A DNA stretch of 64,000 nt from NCBI GenBank assembly GCA_903827975.1, contig CAIKKG010000024.1, positions 523 to 64,522 of the forward strand, written 5' to 3'. This document shows, in pieces, positions 29,234 to 39,636 of this stretch. The stretch's first letter is position 1, and every line of letters begins with the position of its first letter. The position numbers and the translations under genes were made by a program. This DNA is from an uncultured bacterium (GTDB lineage Bacteria; Patescibacteriota; Minisyncoccia; UBA6257; GWB1-50-10). The notes below the pieces were generated by a model, which had not been told where the DNA came from, ran no database searches, and saw nothing but the letters and a program-made list of their open reading frames with translations.

Positions 29234-29305
29234 TCGGTCCGGCAGGACTCGAACCTGCAACCGGGCGTGTATAAGACGCCTGCTCTGCCATTGAGCTACG
29301 GACCG
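29234..29305 (-). tRNA. tRNA-Ile(TAT)
   Basis: CGGTCCGTAGCTCAATGGCAGAGCA-GGCGT-CTTATAC-ACGCC-CGGTTGCAGGTTCGAGTCCTGCCGGACCGA; intact cloverleaf, anticodon TAT. Confidence 0.9.
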
Positions 29306-29354
29306 AATCCATCCCTCGGTTTATACTAACGCGAGAGATGCATTTAAATCAATA

Positions 29355-31199
29355 CTATCCTTCAATCGTCGCAATCTTAAATCCGAATTTATTTATTAAA
29401 GAATAGAACTCATCCTGTTCAAGTGTCTCCTTTTCTATAAGAGCTTCTGCTATTGCATCAAGTGCTTTGCGGTGCTTTGTCACAATTGCTCTTGCTGTAG
29501 CGTGTGCTTTCTGTATGTGCTCGTTTATTTCAGAATCTATTATTGAGCCTACTGATTCAGAATAATTTTTTTCTGTTCCTATATCGCGTCCAAGGAAAAC
29601 CATTCCGCCAGAATTACCAAATGCACGTGGCCCGAGTTTTTCACTCATTCCGTATCTAGTAACCAATCGTTCTGCAACATCAGTAGCATTTTGAATATCG
29701 CTTGATGAGCCAGTTGTCACATCTTTAAATACTGCCTGCTCTGCGGCAAATCCTCCAAATGAAACCGCCATGTCTGCAACAAACTGTGCTTTTGTGCGTA
29801 GACTGCTTTCTTCTAGTGGAAGTTTAAGTGTATATCCGCCAGCCATTCCGCGACTCACAATAGAAACTTTATGTACTGGATCTGAGTCTTTCATTGCGGC
29901 CGCAACAAGTGCGTGACCAGCCTCATGATAAGCGGTAATCTCTTTTTGCTTCGGTGTGATTACACGACTTCTTCGTGCTGGACCGAGTAATACCTTTTCA
30001 ATTGAGTTTAGGAAATCCTCCTGCATAACTGTTTTGCGATTACTCCTTGCTGCGAGTATCGCCGCCTCATTCACAAGATTAGAAAGATCCGCTCCTGCAA
30101 ATCCTGGTGTTCGTGTTGCAATCATTTTGAAATCTATTTTTTCATCAAGCGGTTTTCCCTTCGCGTGAATTTTTAAAATTTCCTCCCTATCTTTTACATC
30201 TGGCATATCAAGCACAACTCTTCTATCGAAACGTCCTGGGCGCAACAATGCAGAATCAAGAACATCTGGCCTGTTTGTTGCCGCAATTACAATCACGCTT
30301 GTGTCGCGCTCAAATCCATCCATCTCTACAAGTATCTGATTGAGTGTTTGTTCGCGCTCATCGTGTCCGCCACCCATTCCAGTTCCACGCTCACGACCAA
30401 CAGCATCTATCTCATCAATAAATATAATTGCTGGTGCCATCTTTTTTGCAATCTCAAATAAATCACGAACGCGAGAAGCTCCAACACCAACAAACATTTC
30501 AACAAATTCTGATGCTGAAATATGGAAGAAGGGGACTCCAGCCTCACCAGCCACTGCACGAGCCAACATTGTTTTTCCTGTACCTGGTGAACCCATTAGT
30601 AAGACTCCGCGCGGAATTTTTGCGCCGATCTGTGTAAACTTTTTTGAATTTTTTAAGAATTCCACAATCTCTAATAATTCTTCTTTTGCCTCCTTCAATC
30701 CGGCAACATCCTTAAATGTGGTTTTGTCTTTTGCTGGAGAAAATAGACGAGCGTTTATTTTTCCAAATGAGAACGCCTGACCCGCACCATTTTTTGCCTG
30801 TCTAAAAATCCACCAGAAAATACCAATCATAAGAAGTGCGGGGATAAGTACTGGGATAAGAATACTCATCCAGTATTTTGAACCACTCTCATCTTGAATT
30901 TTAAAATTGACCTTCTGCAATGCATCAGCTGACACTCCATAATTTTTAAATGTTTCTGAAATTCCTAACTCGTTTTCTTTACGAGAAACTGCTTTTTCAG
31001 AACTTTTTAAAGTCACGTTTATTTCGTTACCACTAACTGTAATATCCTTAACCTCGCCAGCAATTATTTTATTAGCTAAAACATCAATGCTTAATTCTGT
31101 TGGTGCTTTTGTATCAAAACTAAGAAGTGCGGTAAACAAAAAGGCTGTTACAGTAAGAGAGAGAACTACCCATATAATATTTTTTCCTAGTGATTTCAT
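29355..31199 (-). CDS. ftsH: ATP-dependent zinc metalloprotease FtsH
   Basis: 2 [40 protein letters not shown]. Confidence 0.98.
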   Translation of the reverse strand: MKSLGKNIIWVVLSLTVTAFLFTALLSFDTKAPTELSIDVLANKIIAGEVKDITVSGNEINVTLKSSEKAVSRKENELGISETFKNYGVSADALQKVNFKIQDESGSKYWMSILIPVLIPALLMIGIFWWIFRQAKNGAGQAFSFGKINARLFSPAKDKTTFKDVAGLKEAKEELLEIVEFLKNSKKFTQIGAKIPRGVLLMGSPGTGKTMLARAVAGEAGVPFFHISASEFVEMFVGVGASRVRDLFEIAKKMAPAIIFIDEIDAVGRERGTGMGGGHDEREQTLNQILVEMDGFERDTSVIVIAATNRPDVLDSALLRPGRFDRRVVLDMPDVKDREEILKIHAKGKPLDEKIDFKMIATRTPGFAGADLSNLVNEAAILAARSNRKTVMQEDFLNSIEKVLLGPARRSRVITPKQKEITAYHEAGHALVAAAMKDSDPVHKVSIVSRGMAGGYTLKLPLEESSLRTKAQFVADMAVSFGGFAAEQAVFKDVTTGSSSDIQNATDVAERLVTRYGMSEKLGPRAFGNSGGMVFLGRDIGTEKNYSESVGSIIDSEINEHIQKAHATARAIVTKHRKALDAIAEALIEKETLEQDEFYSLINKFGFKIATIEG

Positions 31200-31465
31200 G
31201 CGTTTATAGTTTTTATTTTTAGTTATTTTTTAATTCTGACTTTTCTTTTTCTATTATTACAATATTAGATTACACCACCAATTCTTCTGATTTGTGATGT
31301 CTATCCAAAACCCAAATCGAAATAATATTTTTTACTCCCTTACTATAATTGAATGAACATAATTATGGAATAGGGAATGTGTGTTTTTTGTTTTGTTTGA
31401 ATTTAATTAAGCTGTTCGGTATGGTTTGGTCTGATTTATATAGGGTATATATAGGGGAATACGCG

Positions 31466-31520
31466 TTGACAAATTGGTATATTGGTGATATAATATCTTT
31501 AAGATCTTTAACAAGGGGGT
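31466..31520 (+). promoter_or_regulatory. Consensus sigma70 promoter, boxA-like motif and SD of orphan cassette
   Basis: TTGACA-17-TATAAT (with extended TG), GATCTTTAACAA, AGGGGGT. Confidence 0.8.
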
Positions 31521-31523
31521 TAT

Positions 31524-31904
31524 ATGTTGCGCTTCTATAGCCTCATTGAGGCTACGGACTGGAGTAGTATAATAGCTGCTCTAGCAACTGGCGTCGGAAT
31601 ACTCTGGGTCTTTGCTCAGTTTTCCGCGCACAACGTCCATGTCGGCGAGATTGTCGATATTGGAGTCTTCGTCTCCTTCTGTGGTTCCGCTACCTGCGGT
31701 TACACAAAGGAGGAGAAATCTGAGCTTTCGGCCATGCTCAGTTTCTCAATCCCACTCTTCGTGCTTCTACTTATTGCGCGCTGGAATGGGACACTGTTAG
31801 GTGAGTTTGGGGCGAGGATTGCCTACTCGGCGATTATTGCAACAACACTTACCTCAATCTTTGGGGCTAAATTTGGCTCAGTACTATACAGAATACTTAA
31901 CTAG
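31524..31904 (+). CDS. Hypothetical 4-TM membrane protein (orphan cassette)
   Basis: 126 aa hydrophobic ORF behind a perfect promoter and SD. Confidence 0.75.
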   Translation: MLRFYSLIEATDWSSIIAALATGVGILWVFAQFSAHNVHVGEIVDIGVFVSFCGSATCGYTKEEKSELSAMLSFSIPLFVLLLIARWNGTLLGEFGARIAYSAIIATTLTSIFGAKFGSVLYRILN

Positions 31905-31937
31905 CGGCACGATTGCCGCATTTTCTTGGAGCAGGAA

Positions 31938-32288
31938 ATGAATAGCAAGGAAATGAATAGCAAGAAGTTGATCTGCGTGCTCGGCTTACCGATGGCGATG
32001 TTCGCCTTCCTCTTGACCGAGGCTCTCACTGGCTCCGTGATGCTTGGGTTCGCAGGCTTCACGCTCGCGATGATCCTCATCTATGGACTCATCAGCTCGA
32101 CCATCCCGGTTGTGCTGCTTACTATCTCTGCTGCTGACCCCTTTATGTGGGCCGGCGTCGGAATCGGGACCTCGCTGGCCCTCGTGACAGTCTTACTGTC
32201 TCGGAGCTGGGAACCGCCCTTCCGGACAGTCCTTAGGGACTGGGTTCGGACTCACGGTCAACGAGTACCACTGCGCGACAAGATGTAG
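31938..32288 (+). CDS. Hypothetical membrane protein, GC-rich (orphan cassette)
   Basis: Hydrophobic ORF; start region duplicated (GGAAATGAATAGCAA x2); visibly GC-rich codons; terminator at about 32300-32332. Confidence 0.65.
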   Translation: MNSKEMNSKKLICVLGLPMAMFAFLLTEALTGSVMLGFAGFTLAMILIYGLISSTIPVVLLTISAADPFMWAGVGIGTSLALVTVLLSRSWEPPFRTVLRDWVRTHGQRVPLRDKM

Positions 32289-32331
32289 TGTATATAAACA
32301 AAACCCCCGCCTTTCGGCGGGGGAGATTTTT

Positions 32332-33420
32332 TTATTTCTTAAGTTTAAGAGTAATCTTTCGTTCCTGTGGTTTTACTGCGTCCACAACGAATGAGTATTC
32401 CTTTCCGATTGTGAGATGTTTTCTCATCTCCTCGGCTCCTCCAAACTCTGTTACGTGAACATATCCCTGATATGTCTCATCCAAGTTTACAATTGCGCCG
32501 AACGGATTGAACATATATACCTTACCCTTAACCTCCTGGTTCTCGCCATACTTATTGGCTACAACCATCCAAGGGTCTGGCTTTAATGCTTTAAGAGAAA
32601 GTGAGATTTTTCCTTCCTTAATATCAACAATCTTTGCTTTTACAACATCATCTACCTTCACAACATCCTTCGGATTCTCAACAATTCTGTAATCCAACTC
32701 TGATACGTGAATAAGTCCCTCAACTGCTGGATTGTCTACGAATTTTACGAATACTCCGAAATCTGCGACACCCGAGACCACGCCATCAACCGTCTGTCCT
32801 ACTTCGTAGTTTTTAGCTAGTTCGCGTGATGAGATTTCAGTTGCTTCCTTTTCAGAAAGAATTAATTTTCCTGCGCGTGGGTTTGCATCAATAATCTTTA
32901 CAGAGATTTCCTCTCCAACAAGCTTTTGTAATGCGCTTCCAATCTCAGTTCTCTCGGCTGTTATTGCTTTAGGATAGTGATCCGCGGCAAGCTGTGAAAC
33001 AGGAAGAAAGGCTGGAATACCCTTAACGTTTGCGATAAGTCCTCCCTTGTTAAATCCTGTGATTTTAATCGTAAATGCCTCATCCTTTCCGCGAAGTTCA
33101 TCAACCTCGCCCCAGGCTTTTTGTTTGCCAGCCTCAGAAAGTGAGAGCTCAACAAATCCATCATCATTATCAACCTCGATAACTTTAGCGTGAATAGGGC
33201 TGCCTACCTCAAGACTCTTTACCAGTTCGCGTGCGTTCTGCAACTCTCCGCGATAAACTACGCCAGTTCCGTGACGTCCAAGGTTCACAAGAATTGCGCG
33301 TGAGCTCTTATCCAAAACAGATCCCTCGACGATATCTCCAACTTTTACAGAGGAGAAAATCTGCGGACTTGTTTTTGCAAGCTGTGTAAGTATAAGCATG
33401 CCGTTCTTTACGATATTCAT
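32332..33420 (-). CDS. rpsA: S1 RNA-binding domain protein (short ribosomal protein bS1-like)
   Basis: Repeated S1 domains: GFNKGGLI, AFLPVSQL, FGVFVKF...EGLIHVSEL, FGAIV...GYVHVTE. Confidence 0.85.
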   Translation of the reverse strand: MNIVKNGMLILTQLAKTSPQIFSSVKVGDIVEGSVLDKSSRAILVNLGRHGTGVVYRGELQNARELVKSLEVGSPIHAKVIEVDNDDGFVELSLSEAGKQKAWGEVDELRGKDEAFTIKITGFNKGGLIANVKGIPAFLPVSQLAADHYPKAITAERTEIGSALQKLVGEEISVKIIDANPRAGKLILSEKEATEISSRELAKNYEVGQTVDGVVSGVADFGVFVKFVDNPAVEGLIHVSELDYRIVENPKDVVKVDDVVKAKIVDIKEGKISLSLKALKPDPWMVVANKYGENQEVKGKVYMFNPFGAIVNLDETYQGYVHVTEFGGAEEMRKHLTIGKEYSFVVDAVKPQERKITLKLKK

Positions 33421-33527
33421 AGTGCTAATAGAATAGTGAGTTTTTTTGCGCTAGTCAATGCCATAATATGAATAGGGCTCAATTATTGAAAAGATGGAAA
33501 AAATCAGCTATCATACATGTTGCATCT

Positions 33528-34118
33528 ATGATTATTACTTACCAGGGCGGCAATTATTTCAAAATTCAGTCTGGTGAATTAGCAATTCTAATTGACCCAG
33601 AAAATCAGCGCTCATATAGAGGAACGCAGATTATTGTAAACACGGTTAAACCAACACTTGTCGCAAGACCGGAGGATTCTGATGATGACTCAGCACAACC
33701 AGTCTGGATAGAGAACCAAGGAGAGTATGAGATTAAGGGTATTCGAATTAGGGGATGGAGCGCTGGATATGACTCGAAGACAAAGAGAGAAACAACTGCT
33801 TATCGTATTCTATTTGATGAGATTTCAATTGTTATACTCGGACATCTTTCAGAAGTTATTAATCCTGAGATTGTTTCGGAACTTACAGACGCTGATATCT
33901 TAATCGCGCCCGCAGGTGGCTCGCCATATGTATCACAACAGATAATTTCAAAATTAATCCGCCAGATGGAACCTGGGATTATAATTCCTTCACTTTATAA
34001 GGATGTTAAGCCATTCTTGAAGGAGCTTGATCACCCGGAAGCGAAGCCCGAGGATAAGTTAGTTATTAAAAAGAAAGATATTGTGGCAAAGGCTATGAAG
34101 GTTAGTGTACTTCAATAA
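33528..34118 (+). CDS. MBL-fold hydrolase-like protein with degenerate metal motif
   Basis: MIITYQG..FKIQ..ILIDP, GEYEIKGI, DILIAPAGG, EPGIIIP; HxHxDH absent. Confidence 0.75.
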   Translation: MIITYQGGNYFKIQSGELAILIDPENQRSYRGTQIIVNTVKPTLVARPEDSDDDSAQPVWIENQGEYEIKGIRIRGWSAGYDSKTKRETTAYRILFDEISIVILGHLSEVINPEIVSELTDADILIAPAGGSPYVSQQIISKLIRQMEPGIIIPSLYKDVKPFLKELDHPEAKPEDKLVIKKKDIVAKAMKVSVLQ

Positions 34119-34514
34119 ATGGCGAAAAATAGTATTCACAATTATGTTAGTAAGATTCGTAATTCTGATGAGAAGATAAAGAATCGTTTTGTTGCGATTG
34201 CTTCCGCAATAACAATGATTGGTATTATTTTTGTCTGGCTTATGTATCTTAATATAACAATCCCCTCAATTTCAGCAGAAAACAAATCAGCAGAAGAAAT
34301 TCCAAAGATAGATTTTACTGGGCAGGTTATGAATAAGCCCGTAGATAATTCGTTTTTTGGAATTATAAAAAGAGGTTTTTCCGTAATGGGACAGAATATT
34401 GTAGGTCAGTTCTCAGCGCTAAAGAATGATGCCTCCGATAGCTTTTCTAAAATAAAGGGATTGGCCAGTAAAAAAAATGAGTCTATTATAAAGCCTGACA
34501 ATTCTGCGTTCTAA
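34119..34514 (+). CDS. Hypothetical single-TM protein
   Basis: 131 aa ORF adjacent to the upstream stop codon. Confidence 0.65.
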   Translation: MAKNSIHNYVSKIRNSDEKIKNRFVAIASAITMIGIIFVWLMYLNITIPSISAENKSAEEIPKIDFTGQVMNKPVDNSFFGIIKRGFSVMGQNIVGQFSALKNDASDSFSKIKGLASKKNESIIKPDNSAF

Positions 34515-34574
34515 TAATTGGTTGTATCAGAATAAATAAAACTCTTGGTATTGTCTGAATAATTTTTAAAAAAT

Positions 34575-37052
34575 ATGAAAAAGAAGAAAGAAGAACCAAT
34601 AGGCGAAATAGTAGTTCAGCGCATTGAGCCGCGCGAGATAACGGACGAGCTCAAAAGTTGCTACCTCGACTATGCGATGTCGGTTATTGTTTCGCGCGCG
34701 CTTCCAGACGTTAGAGATGGACTAAAACCTGTACAGCGCCGCATCCTTTGGGCTATGTGGGATACAGGACTTTTGCATTCCGCAAAATTCAGAAAATCTG
34801 CCAACGTCGTTGGAGAGGTTCTTGGTAAATATCACCCACATGGAGACTCGGCTGTTTATGATGCTATGGCTCGCATGGCACAAGACTTCTCTCTTCGTTA
34901 TCCACTCGTAGATGGTCAGGGTAACTGGGGTTCTATTGATGGTGATGCGCCAGCTGCTATGCGTTATACCGAAGCAAGGCTTACAAAGATTGCTGCGGAA
35001 CTTTTAGTTGATATCGAAAAGGGAACGGTTGATTGGAATCCGAACTATGACAACTCACGTGAGGAGCCAACATTTTTCCCAGCAAAACTTCCACACCTTC
35101 TTCTTAATGGAACTGTTGGTATCGCCGTTGGTATGGCCACATCAATTCCTCCACACAATCTAATGGAGATTGTTGATGCAACTATTTATCTTTCAAATAA
35201 CCCTGATGCAAACACTCGTGAACTTTTGCAGTTTGTTCCCGGACCTGATTTTCCAACTGGTGGAATAATTTATGATAAGCGCGGAATCGAGGAGGCATAT
35301 TCAACAGGACGTGGTGCTATAACAATGCGTGCGGTCACAGAAATTGAAGAACGTAAGGCTGGGAGTTTTCATATTATAGTTTCAGAAATTCCATATCAGG
35401 TTAATAAGTCCGACCTTATAACTAAGATGGCGGAGTTGGCTCAAGAAAAAAGAATTGAGGGTATTCGTGATTTGCGCGATGAGTCTGACCGAGAAGATAA
35501 GGTGCGCATTGTTATTGATTTAAAAAATGATGCGTCTCCGCAAAAAGTTTTAAACCAACTTTTTGAATATACTGAGCTCCAGAAAAATTTTCACTTTAAT
35601 ATGTTGGCGCTCGTAAACGGAATTCAACCACAGATTCTATCACTTAAGGATGTTCTTAGTGAATATATTGCACACAGAAAAGTTATGGTTCGTCGCAGAA
35701 CTGAGTTTGATCTAAAAAAGGCTGAGGACCGTGCTCATATTTTAATTGGTTTGGTTACCGCTCTTGATGTAATAGACAAGATAATCGCAACAATTAAGAA
35801 GTCTAAAGACAAGGAGGCTGCACGCGAAAATTTAATGAAGAATTTCAAACTTTCCGAAATTCAGGCAAATGCAATTTTGGAAATGAAATTGGCTGCACTC
35901 GCTGCACTTGAGAGAATTAAATTGGAAGACGAGTTAAAGGAGAAAAAGAAATTTATTGCTGAGTGTCAGGCGATTTTAAAATCAGCAAAAAGAATGCTCG
36001 AGATTATTCAGTCCGAATTACAAGAATTGAAAGAAACATATTCAAGCCCACGCAGAACCAGAGTTATTGCATCAGGCCTTAAGGAGTTCCGTGAAGAGGA
36101 TCTCGTCCCACAGGAAGAGGTGATTATCACGATGAGTCAGGATGGCTACATAAAGCGCATGTCGGCTGGAATTTTCAAAGCACAGAAACGTGGCGGAAAG
36201 GGACTTATTGGTTCTGAGCTAAAAGATGAGGATTTAGTAAATCAGATTATAACTGCTGATACTCACGATAATATTTTATTCTTCACTGACCATGGACGCG
36301 TATTCCAAACAAAGGCGTATGAGGTTCCAGTTGCAGCAAGAACAGCAAAAGGTAAGTCGGTTCATAATTTCTTAACAATTCCGCCGTCAGAAAAAATCTG
36401 CTCAATTGTGAGTTATTCTGATAAGCAGGAAAAAAATAGTGTGAATAAGTTCTTGGTTATGGCGACTCAGGGCGGTGTAATTAAAAAGACACCGGTCACA
36501 GACTTTGCGAATGTTCGCCGAAGCGGAATTATTGCTCTTAAGTTGAAGGCCGATGATTCGCTTCAGTGGGCTGCATTTTCTGGCGGTGAGGATGAGATTA
36601 TTCTTGTTACTTCAAACGGACAATCAATTCGTTTTAAGGAAAAGGATGTCCGCGCAATGGGAAGAACTGCGGCTGGAACAAAGGCTGCGAGACTTAAGAA
36701 GGGTGATGTTGTTGCTGGATTTGATATCATTCCAAAAGGAACGAGCAATGATACACAGTTTTTAGTTGTAATGGCTCACGGTTTTGCAAAACAAACACCA
36801 TTAAAGGATTACAAGACACAGAAGCGTGGCGGAGGAGGAATTAAGACTGCAAAAATAACAGAAAAAACAGGAAAGGTTATTGCCGCAAGAATTATTTCTG
36901 ATGAGGTTGAGGAGGTTCTGGCATTTTCTTCTAAGGGTCAGGCCTTAAGAACCAAGCTCGCAGACATTAGAGTCGCTGGACGCGCGACGCAAGGTGTAAA
37001 AATAATGAACCTTGATTCAGGGGACTCACTAATGGGAATTGTGTGTCTTTAA
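34575..37052 (+). CDS. gyrA: DNA gyrase subunit A
   Basis: [30 protein letters not shown], GyrA-box QKRGGKG. Confidence 0.98.
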   Translation: MKKKKEEPIGEIVVQRIEPREITDELKSCYLDYAMSVIVSRALPDVRDGLKPVQRRILWAMWDTGLLHSAKFRKSANVVGEVLGKYHPHGDSAVYDAMARMAQDFSLRYPLVDGQGNWGSIDGDAPAAMRYTEARLTKIAAELLVDIEKGTVDWNPNYDNSREEPTFFPAKLPHLLLNGTVGIAVGMATSIPPHNLMEIVDATIYLSNNPDANTRELLQFVPGPDFPTGGIIYDKRGIEEAYSTGRGAITMRAVTEIEERKAGSFHIIVSEIPYQVNKSDLITKMAELAQEKRIEGIRDLRDESDREDKVRIVIDLKNDASPQKVLNQLFEYTELQKNFHFNMLALVNGIQPQILSLKDVLSEYIAHRKVMVRRRTEFDLKKAEDRAHILIGLVTALDVIDKIIATIKKSKDKEAARENLMKNFKLSEIQANAILEMKLAALAALERIKLEDELKEKKKFIAECQAILKSAKRMLEIIQSELQELKETYSSPRRTRVIASGLKEFREEDLVPQEEVIITMSQDGYIKRMSAGIFKAQKRGGKGLIGSELKDEDLVNQIITADTHDNILFFTDHGRVFQTKAYEVPVAARTAKGKSVHNFLTIPPSEKICSIVSYSDKQEKNSVNKFLVMATQGGVIKKTPVTDFANVRRSGIIALKLKADDSLQWAAFSGGEDEIILVTSNGQSIRFKEKDVRAMGRTAAGTKAARLKKGDVVAGFDIIPKGTSNDTQFLVVMAHGFAKQTPLKDYKTQKRGGGGIKTAKITEKTGKVIAARIISDEVEEVLAFSSKGQALRTKLADIRVAGRATQGVKIMNLDSGDSLMGIVCL

Positions 37053-37110
37053 AAAATTGATTGTTTTATAAACTGGTATAAAAAAAATAAATAGAATTTC
37101 AAAAAACAAC

Positions 37111-37146
37111 TTCCACCTATTCATGAATAGGTGGAATTGCTATAAT
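37111..37146 (+). promoter_or_regulatory. Perfect 26-bp palindrome abutting the extended -10 of the SBP-pilin operon
   Basis: TTCCACCTATTCATGAATAGGTGGAA, then TGcTATAAT 7 nt before ATG. Confidence 0.55.
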
Positions 37147-37153
37147 AAGCTCA

Positions 37154-38452
37154 ATGTCAAACGCTAAGCTCATTATTATTGGTGTGGTCGGGGTTTTAGT
37201 TCTTATTTTTGTTCTAATGCTTATCGGCATTATCCCAGGACTTAAGAGTAATCAACCGAATGCTGCTCCGGCAAGTCTAGTAATGTGGGGCGTAGGAAAT
37301 AGGGCTGGGCAGTTTGATAATGCTTTTCAAGCGTTCAAACAGACCTACCCAAATGTTCAGATTTTATATAAGGGTTTCGATACGCAAGATGAGTATGAAT
37401 CCGCACTAATAGAAGCATTCGCCTCTGGAAATAGTCCGGACATCTTTATGGTCGCAAATGAGAGTTTCCCTCGTTTTGCAAATAAAATAATTCCTTTTTC
37501 TACTGCTGCAATAACACTAACTCAGCTTGAACAGCTATTTCCGCAGACGGTTGAGCAGACATTTGTTCGAAATGGGCAGGCATATGCGCTTCCACTTTCA
37601 ATTGATACACTAGCACTTATTTATAACAAGGATATGTTCAATGCTGCGAGCATTCCTTTTCCACCTAAAACGTGGGAGGAATTTAAAACAATATCTCCGC
37701 GCTTATTGAAAAACGATAAGCTTACTGGCGCGCTTATCACGGCACCAAGCCCAATGGGTGGCTCTGAAAAAAACGTGGCTTACGCATCCGATCTTTTGGG
37801 CACTATCATGATTCAGAATGGAGCTAAAATGGTAAATTCAGATTTTTCGAATGCTTTGTTCTTATCACAGGAGGGTAGGGATGCAATTACTTTTTATACT
37901 CAGTTCGTAGACTCTCCAAATAGCACATCAACATGGAACGATGCGATGCCATACTCGATTGACGCATTCAGTCAGGAGAAAACCGCAATGACATTTGGGT
38001 ACCTGAGTGATGTAAATACAATTCGTTCAAAAAATTCGTTTCTTAATTTTGGCGTAGCGCTTCTTCCACAGTATGAGGGTACTTTAGCGGCCACACATCC
38101 GTTCTATTATGGTCTAGCTGTCTCAATTCAGACTAAGAACAATGATGCGGCTAAAAGATTAATTTTATCTCTTACTACCGACCAGAATATTGCTGAAATG
38201 TATCTCAAGGAAACAAAGACTCCACCAGCCCTTCTATCACTAATTAATCAGGACTTTAATGATTTACAGTTAAATGTTTTTGCGCGTCAGGCTTTAATTG
38301 CTCGCTCATGGCCTAAACCAGATAACCGCGCAGTAAAAGATATTTTTTCTCAGATGATAGATAATATAACCTCTAAAAAGCTCTCAGTTTATTCTGGTAT
38401 CCAGCAGGCGGAAGGCGAAGTTAATACCTTATTCAGAAATAAAAGCTTATAA
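37154..38452 (+). CDS. Membrane-anchored extracellular solute-binding protein (sugar-binding family 1 type)
   Basis: TM anchor, LVMWG, SPDIF, YALPLSIDTLALIYNKDMF, PPKTWEEF. Confidence 0.85.
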   Translation: MSNAKLIIIGVVGVLVLIFVLMLIGIIPGLKSNQPNAAPASLVMWGVGNRAGQFDNAFQAFKQTYPNVQILYKGFDTQDEYESALIEAFASGNSPDIFMVANESFPRFANKIIPFSTAAITLTQLEQLFPQTVEQTFVRNGQAYALPLSIDTLALIYNKDMFNAASIPFPPKTWEEFKTISPRLLKNDKLTGALITAPSPMGGSEKNVAYASDLLGTIMIQNGAKMVNSDFSNALFLSQEGRDAITFYTQFVDSPNSTSTWNDAMPYSIDAFSQEKTAMTFGYLSDVNTIRSKNSFLNFGVALLPQYEGTLAATHPFYYGLAVSIQTKNNDAAKRLILSLTTDQNIAEMYLKETKTPPALLSLINQDFNDLQLNVFARQALIARSWPKPDNRAVKDIFSQMIDNITSKKLSVYSGIQQAEGEVNTLFRNKSL

Positions 38453-38462
38453 TAATTAATAT

Positions 38463-38876
38463 ATGAAACAACTAGTTGCTCTAACTGTTTTGTTACTGGT
38501 CGCCTTTGCAATTTTTATGCCCACACACAACGCGCAGGCTTTAAGTATCTGGGCTGGTGCAAAGTGTGGTGGCGCGGTGATTGGTCTGAATGATGGGCCC
38601 ACTGGCGCGTGTAATCTTTGTGATGCAATGATCGTGCTTCGAAACATAATAAACTTCGGGTTTACGCTCGCCATCTCGATAAGCACTGGTATGATTGCGT
38701 GGGGTGCTGTTCGTATGATGACTGCTGGAGGTAGTGAGAGTAACGTTAGTGAGGCAAAGAAAATAATATTTAGTGCCATAACTGGTGTAGCAATTGCACT
38801 TGGTTCGTGGATTATAGTAAATACATTATTCTCCGTGTTTACCGGTTCGTGGAACTGGAATCATTTCACGTGTTAA
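38463..38876 (+). CDS. TrbC/VirB2-like pilin
   Basis: Signal peptide, CNLCD, IAWGAVRMMTAGGSESNVSEAKKIIFSAITGVAI. Confidence 0.8.
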   Translation: MKQLVALTVLLLVAFAIFMPTHNAQALSIWAGAKCGGAVIGLNDGPTGACNLCDAMIVLRNIINFGFTLAISISTGMIAWGAVRMMTAGGSESNVSEAKKIIFSAITGVAIALGSWIIVNTLFSVFTGSWNWNHFTC

Positions 38877-38892
38877 TATAAATAATAAATAA

Positions 38893-39579
38893 ATGAAAAA
38901 ATCTATTTTAAGAAAAATATTGTTTGTTGCACTAATCGTTATCGCGATATCCTTTCCATCGGTTTCTGTGGTCCGCGCACAATGCGCCCCAAACTCTAGT
39001 CAGTGCCCAGCAGAACTGTGTGGTGGAACATCAGGCTTTGTAGATAGCGATGGTGTGTGCTACACATCAGCAAGTTGTACCAACTCAAATATGTGTACTG
39101 GCGTTGTAACTGGTGGTGTATGTAATCCATCAAATGATTGTGCGTCCTCTTGCGGTGGAAGTCAGGGATATGCGGATAGTGAGGGATCATGCTACACAAG
39201 CTCGGCGTGTAATAACTATACTAGGTGTTCTGGTGGAACTAATACTGGTGGTGGCAATGCTGGTAGTGGTAATAATACTGGCGGGTTAGGTATTGGAGGT
39301 GGTGGCAATGCTGGATCAGACATGCAACTACAGAATCCTCTTGGGGTGAGTAGTATAAATGGTCTCATCAACAGAATAATTGATATTCTTATTATTTTAG
39401 GCATTCCTATTGCTAGTGGAATGATTATATGGGCGGCGTTCCTCTTCATGACCTCTGGTGGCGAGCCAGATAAGCTAACAACCGCAAGACACGCAATATT
39501 GTGGACTGTTATTGGATTTGTTATACTTTTAATTGCTAAGGGTATTGCTAGTATTATCAGGTCCGTTATGGGTATATAA
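38893..39579 (+). CDS. TrbC/VirB2-like pilin with Cys-rich N-terminal repeat domain
   Basis: LQNPLG...IIWAAFLFMTSGGEPDKLTTARHAILWTVIG; two Cys-rich repeats and a Gly/Asn linker. Confidence 0.8.
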   Translation: MKKSILRKILFVALIVIAISFPSVSVVRAQCAPNSSQCPAELCGGTSGFVDSDGVCYTSASCTNSNMCTGVVTGGVCNPSNDCASSCGGSQGYADSEGSCYTSSACNNYTRCSGGTNTGGGNAGSGNNTGGLGIGGGGNAGSDMQLQNPLGVSSINGLINRIIDILIILGIPIASGMIIWAAFLFMTSGGEPDKLTTARHAILWTVIGFVILLIAKGIASIIRSVMGI

Positions 39580-39636
39580 CTAAAAAAATATTCTGAAATG
39601 AAAGGTCGGATGTTTGTTTATATAATAAATCAATTT

